Source of the DNA: an uncultured candidate division Zixibacteria bacterium
Lineage (GTDB): Bacteria; Zixibacteria; MSB-5A5; RBG-16-43-9
DNA: 64,000 nt
Direction of reading: 5' to 3'
NCBI GenBank assembly: GCA_963713865.1
Contig: OY970208.1
Coordinates: forward strand, 2,464,001-2,528,000
The translations under genes were made by a program, and so were the position numbers. Of the stretch, positions 31,769 through 40,912 are shown one piece after another. The notes below the pieces were generated by a model. It saw nothing but the letters and a program-made list of their open reading frames with translations. It did no database searches and had not been told where the DNA came from. The first letter of the stretch is position 1; each line of letters starts with the position of its first letter.

Positions 31769-33853
31769 CTATTTCTGCTCCTTCTCCTTTGCCTCTTGCG
31801 CCTCTTTGATTATCTTCTCTGCGATCTCACGTGGAACTTCTTCATAATGGGAGAAAGAGCGGGTGTGAATCCCTCTCCCTTGAGTTAAGGAGCGCAGAGA
31901 AGTCGAATATTTATATAATTCCGCCAGGGGAACCAAAGCTTTTATCTTCTGAAAATTGCCACCGCTCTCCACTCCCAGGATCTTACCTCTGCGTGACGAT
32001 AAATCACCCATTACATCACCCATAAACTCCTCCGGCACAGTTACCTCAACATTATATACCGGCTCAAGCAACACCGGCTTTGCCTCTGCAGCTGCTTTTT
32101 TAAATCCCATTGAGCCAGCTATTTTAAAAGCCATATCCGAGGAATCAACTGTATGATAGGTACCATCGTAGATGGAGACTTTCAGATCCACCATCTTATA
32201 ACCTGCTACTACCCCTTCGTTCATCGCCTCCACCACCCCCTTCTCTACTGCAGGGATATACTTACCGGGAACTGCCCCACCTACAACCTCATCTACAAAC
32301 TGAAATCCTTCACTCCGCCCCAGAGGCTCCAATCTTAACCAGCAATCACCATACTGCCCTCTGCCTCCTGATTGTCTTTTATATTTACCCTGGGCTTCAA
32401 CCTTGGCTTTGATCGTTTCTCTGAAAGGTATTCTGGGCTTCTCGATCTCTACTTCTACCCCGAATTTCCTCTTTAGTCTATCCACAATTACCTCTAAGTG
32501 CAGTTCGCCCTGTCCATAAACGATGGTCTGTTTTATATCTGCATCCACCTCCATAATGAAAGTCGGGTCTTCCTCGTGCAATTTTGAAAAACCATTGGCA
32601 ATCTTTTCCTCATCTCCTTTAGCTTTAGCTCTAATAGCTAAATTTATCACCGGTTTAGGAAATTCAATAGCTGGAAGCACAATCGGGTCTTTTTTATCAC
32701 ATAGGGTATCTCCGGTATGAGTATTTTTCAGTTTAACCACCGCACCTAAATCCCCAGCTATGACCATCCCGGTCTCTCTTCTCTCTCTGCCATTCATCGC
32801 AGAGATCTGTCCAATTCGCTCTGTGGTATTAGTAACTGAATTGAAAACGTCCTCTCCGGTTTTGAGTTTCCCTGAAAATACTTTAAAAAAGGAGAGCTCA
32901 CCTACATGTGGTTCCGATACAGTTTTAAACACTAAAGTAGCCAGAGAACCATCCGGAGATATCTTTATAACTTTTTCTTTATCAGAATTATGTACTTTAA
33001 CTTTTAACTCCCCAAAATCAGCCGGGGAAGGAAAGAAATCCACCACATGTTCTAAAAGGAGCTTAACTCCCCAGCAATTTGTAGCAGAGCCACAAAAGAT
33101 TGGAAAAAGTTTATGTTCTTTAATCCCTTTTCTTAAACCGATTTTAAACTCCTCCTCGGTTAAAGCTCCTTTTTCAAAATATTTCTCTAAAAGATTATCT
33201 TCTGCTTCAGCCACAGCTTCTATTAATTTCTCCCTGGCTTTTTTAACCTTCTCCTCTAATTCTGGAGGGATTTTATCCTCTTTTGTCTCAGTTCCACTAA
33301 ATAGATAAGCCTTCATCTTAACCAGATCAACCATTCCTTTGAAATTTAGTCCTTCATCTACCGGTATCTGTAAAGGTATAGCTTGATGGCCAAATCTTTT
33401 TTGAACTGCTTTAACCACTTTATCAAATTCCGAATGTTCTTTATCCAGTTTATTTATAAAGAAAGCTCTGGAGATTCCATATTTCTCAGCAATTGACCAG
33501 ACCTGCTCAGTTCCAACCTCAACTCCGGATAAAGCTGAAAGTAAAATCAAAGCTGTTTCAGTCACCCTTAATCCACCTACCACCTCTCCTATAAAATCTG
33601 CATAACCCGGCATATCAACTAAATTAATCTTACAATCTTTCCATTCCAAATGCAGCAGGGAAGCGGAAATTGAGATTTTACGGGAAATCTCATCTTCATT
33701 ATAATCTGAAACTGTGTTCCCCTCATCCACCTTGCCCAACCGGGTAGTAATCCCTGTAGTATAAAGCATCGCCTCCACCAGGGAGGTCTTACCTGCACCT
33801 CCATGCGCTACCACCCCCAGATTTCTAAGCTGTTCACTTTTAAATTCCTTCAA
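31769..33853 (-). CDS. fusA: Elongation factor G paralogue (EF-G2-like), outside the str operon
   Basis: Five-domain EF-G (GQGELHLE, QSGGRGQYG, HTVDSSDMAF); G-motifs AHGGAGKT, RKISI, DMPGY, NKLD; TTG start after AAGGAGG. Confidence 0.88.
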   Translation of the reverse strand: MKEFKSEQLRNLGVVAHGGAGKTSLVEAMLYTTGITTRLGKVDEGNTVSDYNEDEISRKISISASLLHLEWKDCKINLVDMPGYADFIGEVVGGLRVTETALILLSALSGVEVGTEQVWSIAEKYGISRAFFINKLDKEHSEFDKVVKAVQKRFGHQAIPLQIPVDEGLNFKGMVDLVKMKAYLFSGTETKEDKIPPELEEKVKKAREKLIEAVAEAEDNLLEKYFEKGALTEEEFKIGLRKGIKEHKLFPIFCGSATNCWGVKLLLEHVVDFFPSPADFGELKVKVHNSDKEKVIKISPDGSLATLVFKTVSEPHVGELSFFKVFSGKLKTGEDVFNSVTNTTERIGQISAMNGRERRETGMVIAGDLGAVVKLKNTHTGDTLCDKKDPIVLPAIEFPKPVINLAIRAKAKGDEEKIANGFSKLHEEDPTFIMEVDADIKQTIVYGQGELHLEVIVDRLKRKFGVEVEIEKPRIPFRETIKAKVEAQGKYKRQSGGRGQYGDCWLRLEPLGRSEGFQFVDEVVGGAVPGKYIPAVEKGVVEAMNEGVVAGYKMVDLKVSIYDGTYHTVDSSDMAFKIAGSMGFKKAAAEAKPVLLEPVYNVEVTVPEEFMGDVMGDLSSRRGKILGVESGGNFQKIKALVPLAELYKYSTSLRSLTQGRGIHTRSFSHYEEVPREIAEKIIKEAQEAKEKEQK

Positions 33854-34091
33854 ACTATCCTCCTTATTTTCAGATAAATCTGCTATGTAATTCAAAACAC
33901 CAAAATATATATTATTTATAATTTGTCAACTATCTTCTTCTCAAAAAAAGAAGAGACGCATCGCCATGCGTCTCTACAATCTTCCTTTTACCTTTTTCCT
34001 CTCACCTTTATAGACAAAATCCTGTCGGGTGGCTCGCTACAAGCGAGCAACTCGACCTACATATCTATTCCCGAAATATCAAATGATTATG

Positions 34092-35030
34092 CTACTTTGA
34101 ATCCTCGGATTCGAAAAATCTTCGCTGTAAATCCTTCACAATTTCCTCCACCATATTTTTAAATGCCTTATCCTTGAAATTCTCTTCAGCCATATAGCCT
34201 TTAAAAACTGCCCATCCTTTTTCCTTTTCATCTTTCTGAACATAATTTAAAAATATTGAAATAGCTTTACCTATATAATAATCTGAACCCTTTTCCTCAA
34301 TATCCATTTCTTTTATATCCTTCTCTATCTCGTATATCTTCTCTTCATAATATAAGGAAAATTCCTTTGATGCTTCTTGATATCTATCCTTTTCCCAGGT
34401 ATAGATAAAATCAACGCTGGGTGAACAGGCATGGCAGAGGTCCATATACCTATTCACTTCCCATTCAGCATCCAGAACCAAAAGCTCATCTATGGCGTCT
34501 CCATTCAAATCGCGTATTCCATGAATAACCTGCGTTTCCGGAAGATGGGGAAGAAATTCCCTAACCTTATGATCTTTTACCTGAAACACCTTCAAATACT
34601 CACAGGTCCAGCAGTTTCCACCAGTCCCACCGGTAACAATTAATTCTTTTAATCCATCCTTATTTATATCTTTAGCTCTACTGCTATCTCCACTTAGACT
34701 ATTTCCCAATTCATAGGACCACTCAACTAAGTTATAGATCTCAATTAATCTTGTTCCTTTCAGTTCATAGACAACCATACTATCCTGACGGTTTAAATCA
34801 TCTGACTCCTGCTGGCTGATGATGGCTATCACCTGCTGGTTTTTGTTATCCAGACTTTCGAAGATTGTATCTTTTATGCTATAACCCTCCTTCAAATTTG
34901 CGACTATCTCCCTCTGAAAAATCTCTCTGGTATCCTTTTCTTTTTTCTTAAACAGGAGTGAAAGCAAGAGAATAAGAACTATTACCCCGATTAAGATCAA
35001 CCCTGAAATATAAATCTGTTTTTTCTGCAT
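34092..35030 (-). CDS. Hypothetical membrane-anchored protein with two DxNxDG-type loops
   Basis: N-terminal TM helix; DINKDGLKEL and DLNGDAIDEL, each followed by a CxxC (CWTC, CHAC). Confidence 0.65.
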   Translation of the reverse strand: MQKKQIYISGLILIGVIVLILLLSLLFKKKEKDTREIFQREIVANLKEGYSIKDTIFESLDNKNQQVIAIISQQESDDLNRQDSMVVYELKGTRLIEIYNLVEWSYELGNSLSGDSSRAKDINKDGLKELIVTGGTGGNCWTCEYLKVFQVKDHKVREFLPHLPETQVIHGIRDLNGDAIDELLVLDAEWEVNRYMDLCHACSPSVDFIYTWEKDRYQEASKEFSLYYEEKIYEIEKDIKEMDIEEKGSDYYIGKAISIFLNYVQKDEKEKGWAVFKGYMAEENFKDKAFKNMVEEIVKDLQRRFFESEDSK

Positions 35031-35227
35031 AATGTTTGGCGAAAAATAAGCAAATCCTCATCTATTGTCAAATAAAAAAAGAACAAAAAATGGCGGAATA
35101 CTGTTTTATCCCTGCAGATAATTATCCTCTGCTTTGTAAGGAGAGGGAAAGAGGGGGGTTATACGGTAAGCCAGTCTTTTGTCTGACTCTAAAAAATGAA
35201 AGGTTGTCCCGCCTCTGGCAGGATGTT

Positions 35228-37894
35228 CTACATCTCTTTCAGCAGTTCTTTGATATCATAATCCTGAAAATTCTCTAACGTCTTTTTATTTAAATCGATT
35301 TTATCTTTTTTCAAATTTAATCTGTAAGAACCAACACGATTATTCTCGATCAGTGGTTTTTCTGAATGAGGAAGTTCTCTTTTCAGACGGTAAATGTACT
35401 TCCCTTGGTTATCCCCTTCCTCCAAATCCAGTTTATGAATCCAGCCATCCTCCTTTTTAAAAACTGCCCAGGCTAATTTGAATAAATATCTGAAACTTTT
35501 ATGGCTGAGCAGAAACCTTCTGCCATTTAGAATAATCGTATATTTCCCCTTAACCAAACTTCCATCTAAAATAAGTTTGCTTTTGGTAGAATCTCTTTTC
35601 CAGAAATTGAAGGTAGGGGCGTATTGCCTTACAACCCTACCAATTTTCCCGGACTCTTGAAGCTTTATCTCTTCTTTTAGCTTGATACCCACCTTTTCAG
35701 GAATTATATTTTTCAACTCCTCTAATTTTATTTCCTTAATCTGGTTTTTAGAGGTAATTCCTTTCAGAGATAGTTTCCAGAGAAAATTTCGTCCCAACCC
35801 TGAGACCTTTAATTTTGCTATTTCAATCATATCCTGACCTATCCCAAACTGAACTTGCCATGCTAAATTCTTTAAAATCTTTTCCAATCCCTCCCCGCAA
35901 TTCAAAATCCGGGCAATGGCAGAGGTAGAATCTAAAAGCCAGGCAAGCTCCTGGGCAATCTGGGAGATAAAACCACTTCTCAGACCATATTCATTTTCTA
36001 AATCATATAGAGGAGCAGGAGTTATCCAGTCACAGAAAAACAAAGAAAGTTTAAGCCTGGAAAGCTGCCTGGAGGATAACTGTCCACTTGAGATGGATAA
36101 AAACTCTTTTAACCTTTGCTCTGAGATACTATCCTGAGTAAATCTTCCTTTTAGTTTTTCTTGATAAACCCTGTTCTCTATTTCATGAAAAGTAAGAGGC
36201 GTATAAATCCTTTCACCATCTTTAGTCTTAAGAAGTTCATAAAACCAGCCCAATGGGTCTCCGATTGGATCCATTGTGAACAAATTCGGATTAACCGGTT
36301 CGGATGAGCTTTCTTTTTCCAGTTTTCTCTTGATCGCCAAGCCAGTTTCAATTTTTATCCCCTGGATAGATATGACTTTCCCCAAAGCAGTTACATAAAG
36401 GGCACCTTTTTCATCTGAGGTTAATATATTTTCCTCAATCAATTTTGAAATATTTTCATTTATACCATTTTGATCTCGATTTATAACGTCAGCTGAAAAG
36501 GTGTTGGCTAAATACTTTCTCAACCCTGCAGAATCCTTAGCCAGGCCCGAGGATACCAGGTCGAGGATGACATCCTCTAAATCTATTTTATCCAGAACCG
36601 GAATCAGCTTTTCTTCCTTGCCTTCGACATACTTATCCCAGAGTGAATCGAAATGAAACTGGTTACCTGCTAAAAGAACTGACCTGCCAAACTCTTTTTC
36701 CAGACCGAATCTTCCAGCTCTTCCGGACATATTCTCATATTCATTCCAGGTTAAGGGAACCATAACCCCTTTGTCGGTAAACTCGCCGCTTTCATATTTC
36801 AAGGTTTCTATAAAAACCGTCCTGGCTGGGAGATTTACCCCCATGGCTAAGGTGCTGGTTGCAAATACCAGTTTAATCTCTTTTTCAAGATAGGAATGTT
36901 CGACTAAACCCCTTTCTTCATAGGTTAAATCAGCATTATGGAATGCAATCCCTTTTTGGAGGCAGAATTCTAACTTTTCCTTAAGGCTGGTAACTTCAAG
37001 CTCAGCTAACTTCTCTAACACTTCGGAGGCAGGTTCTCCTTTGAACTCATCTGCAAATAGAATAGCCATCTTGATAGTCTCATTTCTGCTTTTCAGGAAG
37101 ACTAAAACCTGTTCTCCTTTCTCTAAGAGCATCTGGAGATTGGGAAATAGAATTTTTTCTATTTCTTCGCTTTCAACTTCTATGAATTTCTCCTCTCCTT
37201 CTTCCTGAGAGTTATATTCTTTATAAGTAAATATTCCTTTATATAGAATCCCCTGTAAAAGCTCAACCGGTCTCTTTTTCTCTAAAAGGTACTTGCATCC
37301 CAGCCAGGAAGCTAATCTCTCTACCTCCCCCAAGACTGCAGATAAGCCAATAATCTGTGGTTTGTATCCGGAATTCAGAACTTTGAGCAAAGCCAACTCC
37401 AAAACCTGACCCCGTGAGCTGTCTCCGATCATCTGTAACTCATCTATGATCAAAAGGTCTATGTTCCTCAGTAAGTCTAAGTTTTTAAGCAGCAGTTGAT
37501 TGAACTTTTCATATATCATAATACCTAAATCGAAATCACCTTTTTCCAAATCTGAATCAAACTCCCTTCTGTCTTTTGTAGATATAACTATCTTTATCCC
37601 TAAATTTGAATATTTAGTTTGAAAATCTGAAAACTTCTCCTCGGCAATTGCCTTAAGCGGAACCAGATAAACTGTCTTTTTTCGTCTAAAAATAGAACTG
37701 ATAGCCGCCATTTCTCCACAGAATGTCTTTCCGGAAGAAGTAGGGGCTGAGATTATCAGACTCTCCCCATTTAAAAGATTAAAACGCGTAACTGCTGATG
37801 ATTGTAAAGGTAATAACTTTTCCCCCTGACTTTCTTCCCAGGTCTTGATAATACTTTCCGGGATACCATATTTTAATAATTTTTTAACTTCCAT
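35228..37894 (-). CDS. Ski2/Hel308-like SF2 helicase with an extra C-terminal domain
   Basis: APTSSGKT, VPLKAIAEEK, IIDELQ, GLSA, GIAFHNADL, TSTLAMGVNLPA, MSGRAGR, HhH-like VSGLGR. Confidence 0.88.
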   Translation of the reverse strand: MEVKKLLKYGIPESIIKTWEESQGEKLLPLQSSAVTRFNLLNGESLIISAPTSSGKTFCGEMAAISSIFRRKKTVYLVPLKAIAEEKFSDFQTKYSNLGIKIVISTKDRREFDSDLEKGDFDLGIMIYEKFNQLLLKNLDLLRNIDLLIIDELQMIGDSSRGQVLELALLKVLNSGYKPQIIGLSAVLGEVERLASWLGCKYLLEKKRPVELLQGILYKGIFTYKEYNSQEEGEEKFIEVESEEIEKILFPNLQMLLEKGEQVLVFLKSRNETIKMAILFADEFKGEPASEVLEKLAELEVTSLKEKLEFCLQKGIAFHNADLTYEERGLVEHSYLEKEIKLVFATSTLAMGVNLPARTVFIETLKYESGEFTDKGVMVPLTWNEYENMSGRAGRFGLEKEFGRSVLLAGNQFHFDSLWDKYVEGKEEKLIPVLDKIDLEDVILDLVSSGLAKDSAGLRKYLANTFSADVINRDQNGINENISKLIEENILTSDEKGALYVTALGKVISIQGIKIETGLAIKRKLEKESSSEPVNPNLFTMDPIGDPLGWFYELLKTKDGERIYTPLTFHEIENRVYQEKLKGRFTQDSISEQRLKEFLSISSGQLSSRQLSRLKLSLFFCDWITPAPLYDLENEYGLRSGFISQIAQELAWLLDSTSAIARILNCGEGLEKILKNLAWQVQFGIGQDMIEIAKLKVSGLGRNFLWKLSLKGITSKNQIKEIKLEELKNIIPEKVGIKLKEEIKLQESGKIGRVVRQYAPTFNFWKRDSTKSKLILDGSLVKGKYTIILNGRRFLLSHKSFRYLFKLAWAVFKKEDGWIHKLDLEEGDNQGKYIYRLKRELPHSEKPLIENNRVGSYRLNLKKDKIDLNKKTLENFQDYDIKELLKEM

Positions 37895-37983
37895 TTACCC
37901 CTCCATAGAAAAACAGTCTAAAGTCTATAGTCCATAGGCTATAGTCTTTTTTAGCCTTTAGACTATAGCCTTTTGCCTATATT

Positions 37984-38012
37984 ATAATACTGCCCATTTG
38001 TGCAGTTGTCAA
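37984..38012 (-). promoter_or_regulatory. Sigma70 promoter of the helicase with a palindromic operator in the spacer
   Basis: Minus strand TTGACA-N17-TATTAT; ACTGC-N8-GCAGT at 37989-38006. Confidence 0.6.
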
Positions 38013-38450
38013 GAAAAAAATAAAAAAAGTGATAAATTTGTCATTGCGAGGAATCCCCTACGGGGACGACGAAGCAATCTGTCTCCTGAAAGATAAACGG
38101 ATTGCTTCGCTCCTTTTAGTCGCTCGCAAAGACACTTTCTGTGTAGTAGCTTGAGTTAGTGGTAGCTCAGACATTCCTGTCTGAGCTTTAAGGAATCCCG
38201 CCTTGGGCGGGATTCTACCAACTTTAAAACAAAAGACCCAGGTTAAGAACAACCCGGGTCTACCAGTTTTTATAAAGAAGAATGGTAAGGAATGGTTATT
38301 TACGGTCACGAATCACGGGCAACAGTCACTCTCTTTTCACTCCAAAATCAATTTCTCAAACTGATCCACCAAACTATTGAAAAGCTCAATCGTTTTATTA
38401 ATCGGCTCAGGAGAGCTCATATCCACACCCGCTTTTTTCAGGATATTAAT
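38006..38450. repeat. Diverged direct repeat of 42649-43236 (intergenic region plus pepF 3' end)
   Basis: Collinear blocks TTGTCAAGAAAAAAATAAAAAA, GCTCGCAAAGACACTTTCTGTGTAGTAGCTTGAGTTAG, TTTACGGTCACGAATCACGG and the pepF tail. Confidence 0.9.
38337..38450 (-). pseudogene. pepF: Orphan 3' fragment of pepF (37 codons plus stop)
   Basis: INILKKAGVDMSSPEPINKTIELFNSLVDQFEKLILE* versus pepF ...DMTSP...LIME*. Confidence 0.9.
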
Positions 38451-38461
38451 TATAATAAAGA

Positions 38462-38628
38462 TCAAATCTGAGGTACTGGTAGGCCTCGAGATAAAACTAG
38501 TTCTGCCTCCGGCAATATGCGAACAATGCTCTCTTCTGTAAATCGATGCCGACCCATATTATCCTCTTTCCTCAGTCCAGTTTAATGTACTAACTTCTAA
38601 GCTGGACCGAAATATGGGGGGCAGGTCA
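38462..38628 (-). mobile_element. IS3-family (IS407-like) remnant: left end and truncated orfA
   Basis: Terminus TGACCTGCCCCCCATATTTCGGTCCAG, then RBS and MGRHRFTEESIVRILPEAELVLSRGLPVPQI* (38557-38462), resembling IS3 OrfA N-termini. Confidence 0.7.
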
Positions 38629-38684
38629 CTCCTTTCACGTCGCCTTTTGGACCATCATCCATATAAGGCAGGACGTAAAGAACT

Positions 38685-39122
38685 TCACTTCTTTCTCTGC
38701 CCGACCTTCTTGTCACGCTCACGGTATTCTTTTTCGACCTTTTGCCTTTCTTGCTTTTCTACTCCACGATATTCCTTCTCGATCCTGGCTCTTTCTTCAT
38801 CATTTGCCTGATGTTGCCTGTAATGATCTCCGAACTTCGCATCCTTGCCGTAATTGTATTTCCTGAAGACGAAAACTCTGCGGTCTTCGTGCCTGGGGCG
38901 GTAATAATACCCATTGCCCACAAAATAGAAATCATAGAAATCGCAGTCTACGACCGTCGCACCCCACTGTTGATATCGATGGCAGTCATAGCAATAACGG
39001 GGATGGTCGTAAGAGTATGCCGTTCCGCCAGATATGCCTCCTCCACCGTACAAAACGCACCCGCCTATCACCAACCCCAATATCCCCAGGAGAACCCCTA
39101 AAACCAAGTTTCTGCTTGGCAT
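38685..39122 (-). CDS. Hypothetical lipoprotein with a CxxCH motif and charged C-terminus
   Basis: AAGGAGG RBS before ATG 39122; lipobox-like VIGGC; CYDCH. Confidence 0.6.
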   Translation of the reverse strand: MPSRNLVLGVLLGILGLVIGGCVLYGGGGISGGTAYSYDHPRYCYDCHRYQQWGATVVDCDFYDFYFVGNGYYYRPRHEDRRVFVFRKYNYGKDAKFGDHYRQHQANDEERARIEKEYRGVEKQERQKVEKEYRERDKKVGQRKK

Positions 39123-39564
39123 TTCTGCCTCCTTTCTTGGTTTGTTGATTGTTTTTAGCCACTTGAGTGGCTTCTCGCCCAGCTTAACAAACCTGGTTCT
39201 AAAAGTCAAGGATTTTATCTAATCTTCTCCACGTTTTTCATCACCGAGGTTTTTTCGGACTGGCTTCAGCTCCTGATTATTAGGTGCAGTTTGATAAGCC
39301 AGGGAGCCATCCAAATTCTCAAGCTGCTTTGAGATATGTTCAGGTTAGCTACAGGGGTTAATTTTGTAATTTATTAAACTAAAAGAGAATACACGAGGGG
39401 TGAGTTAATATATTTTGGGAGAGAAAAACTACCCCTCTAAGGTCATAAACCCTCCTGTCCATCAGAACCACTCACTATTTCTCTAACTGTAGCAAGCAGG
39501 TATAGGCATCCTCGCCCCGCTGTGCGAGTATTTTGCACACACACCCCTGAACTACTTCAAAAAT

Positions 39565-39614
39565 CTCCAGCATTCCCATCCGGAATGGCTTTGTTTGTGC
39601 TTCAAGCGTCCGAA
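39565..39614. repeat. 50-bp direct repeat of 40926-40975
   Basis: 49 of 50 positions identical by eye; copies the 3' end of the 365-aa gene. Confidence 0.9.
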
Positions 39615-39641
39615 TACCATTGTCAGGCGATGCTGGTTAAA

Positions 39642-39866
39642 CTACGGCTTTCTCTTGCGCCCAATGATGACCAATACAATTCCACCGGCAAGCGCTAATC
39701 CGCCAAAGAGAGGTGGCACCGGAAACCTCGTCTTGGCTTCTGCGCTGGTTTTGAAGGGGCCAATGTGGATGCCCTTCACGTGCGTGGTGAATGTGATGAA
39801 TTGTAAAAGAAGGACCAAGACGCCGAGGATAATGAGAACGAGTCCTATAAACATTATCGGTTTCAT
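39642..39866 (-). CDS. Small two-TM membrane protein (DUF3185-like)
   Basis: AAGGAG RBS; MKPIMFIGLVLIILG...IGP...PVPPLFGGLALAGG. Confidence 0.7.
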   Translation of the reverse strand: MKPIMFIGLVLIILGVLVLLLQFITFTTHVKGIHIGPFKTSAEAKTRFPVPPLFGGLALAGGIVLVIIGRKRKP

Positions 39867-39909
39867 GCGTTTAAGCTCCTTTTTTGAGAAATCTTGCGAG
39901 TGCAAACGA

Positions 39910-40059
39910 CTACATCGGTTTGCGTCCTGTAATGACTCTGACCAGCACCACCACGATAGCGATAACCAGCAGAGCATGAATTACTCCGCCCATAGTGTAG
40001 CCGCTCAACAATCCAAGCAGCCACAAAACCAAAAGAATCACACAGATAGTCCAAAGCAT
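39910..40059 (-). CDS. lmo0937-family small membrane protein (49 aa; missing from the ORF track)
   Basis: Manual translation MLWTICVILLVLWLLGLLSGYTMGGVIHALLVIAIVVVLVRVITGRKPM*; AAGGAG RBS. Confidence 0.85.
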   Translation of the reverse strand: MLWTICVILLVLWLLGLLSGYTMGGVIHALLVIAIVVVLVRVITGRKPM

Positions 40060-40163
40060 ATTCGGCTCCTTTCCGGCGAACAATGTCGCCTAATGTTAGA
40101 GTTAAATATGGAACCAAAACTGATCGAAACTTCATCCATCAGGAGGCCCGCACCTGCAACAAT

Positions 40164-40838
40164 TTAATTTGAACCGGCTTGAGCTTGCGCCGCCTTTTTC
40201 AGCTTGTCGTTCGCAAAAATGGCAACTTCAACGCGCCGGTTTTGCTGACGACCATAGTCCGTATCGTTTGAAGCGATTGGGTTCATCTCACCCAGGCCGA
40301 CCATGGAAATCCTTGAACCGGGAACACCACGACCCATTAGATAGTTGGTAACAGATTGAGCACGACGTTCGGACAATTTTAGGTTATAGTCTTCACTGCC
40401 GCTGTTGTCCGTATCTCCTTCAATGAGGATGTCCGTGTCGGGGTATTTGTTCAAAATCTTGGCGAGACTCTCGATGTTTGTTTTTGCCTGCGGTCGCAAG
40501 TCCGATTTATCCCAATCGAAAAGAAGGCCCGAATCAAACGTGATCTTGATTCCTTCTCCTATGCGCTCGATCCTCGCTCCTTTCAGATCCGCCCTTATCG
40601 CTGCGGCTCGCTTGTCCATCTCATTACCGATCAGAACCCCGGCTGTTCCCCCGACTGCCGCCCCGATGATGGCGCCAACGGCAGTGTTTCCTGCCGCATG
40701 TCCGATAACACCACCAATAGCTCCTCCGGCGCCTGCGCCGATCGCTCCGCCCTTGGCTTTGTTACTCCAGGAGGCGCACCCGTTACTGAGGGTGAAGAGC
40801 AAAGCCCCACACAACAACAGAATGACTGCTTTTTTCAT
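40164..40838 (-). CDS. OmpA-family lipoprotein with glycine zipper
   Basis: Lipobox SNGC, GA-rich zipper, LLFDWDKS, EGDTD, NLKLSERRA, NRRVE. Confidence 0.9.
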   Translation of the reverse strand: MKKAVILLLCGALLFTLSNGCASWSNKAKGGAIGAGAGGAIGGVIGHAAGNTAVGAIIGAAVGGTAGVLIGNEMDKRAAAIRADLKGARIERIGEGIKITFDSGLLFDWDKSDLRPQAKTNIESLAKILNKYPDTDILIEGDTDNSGSEDYNLKLSERRAQSVTNYLMGRGVPGSRISMVGLGEMNPIASNDTDYGRQQNRRVEVAIFANDKLKKAAQAQAGSN

Positions 40839-40912
40839 GGTGAACACTCCTTAAATTAGGATACTTTGTGATAAAGCAATTAAGTCGCTCAGCGATCTAG
40901 ACGCGATTTGGA

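Noticed and set aside
39230-39560. Possible transposase or group II intron remnant
   Set aside because: No sustained ORF, terminal repeat pair or convincing domain V structure visible
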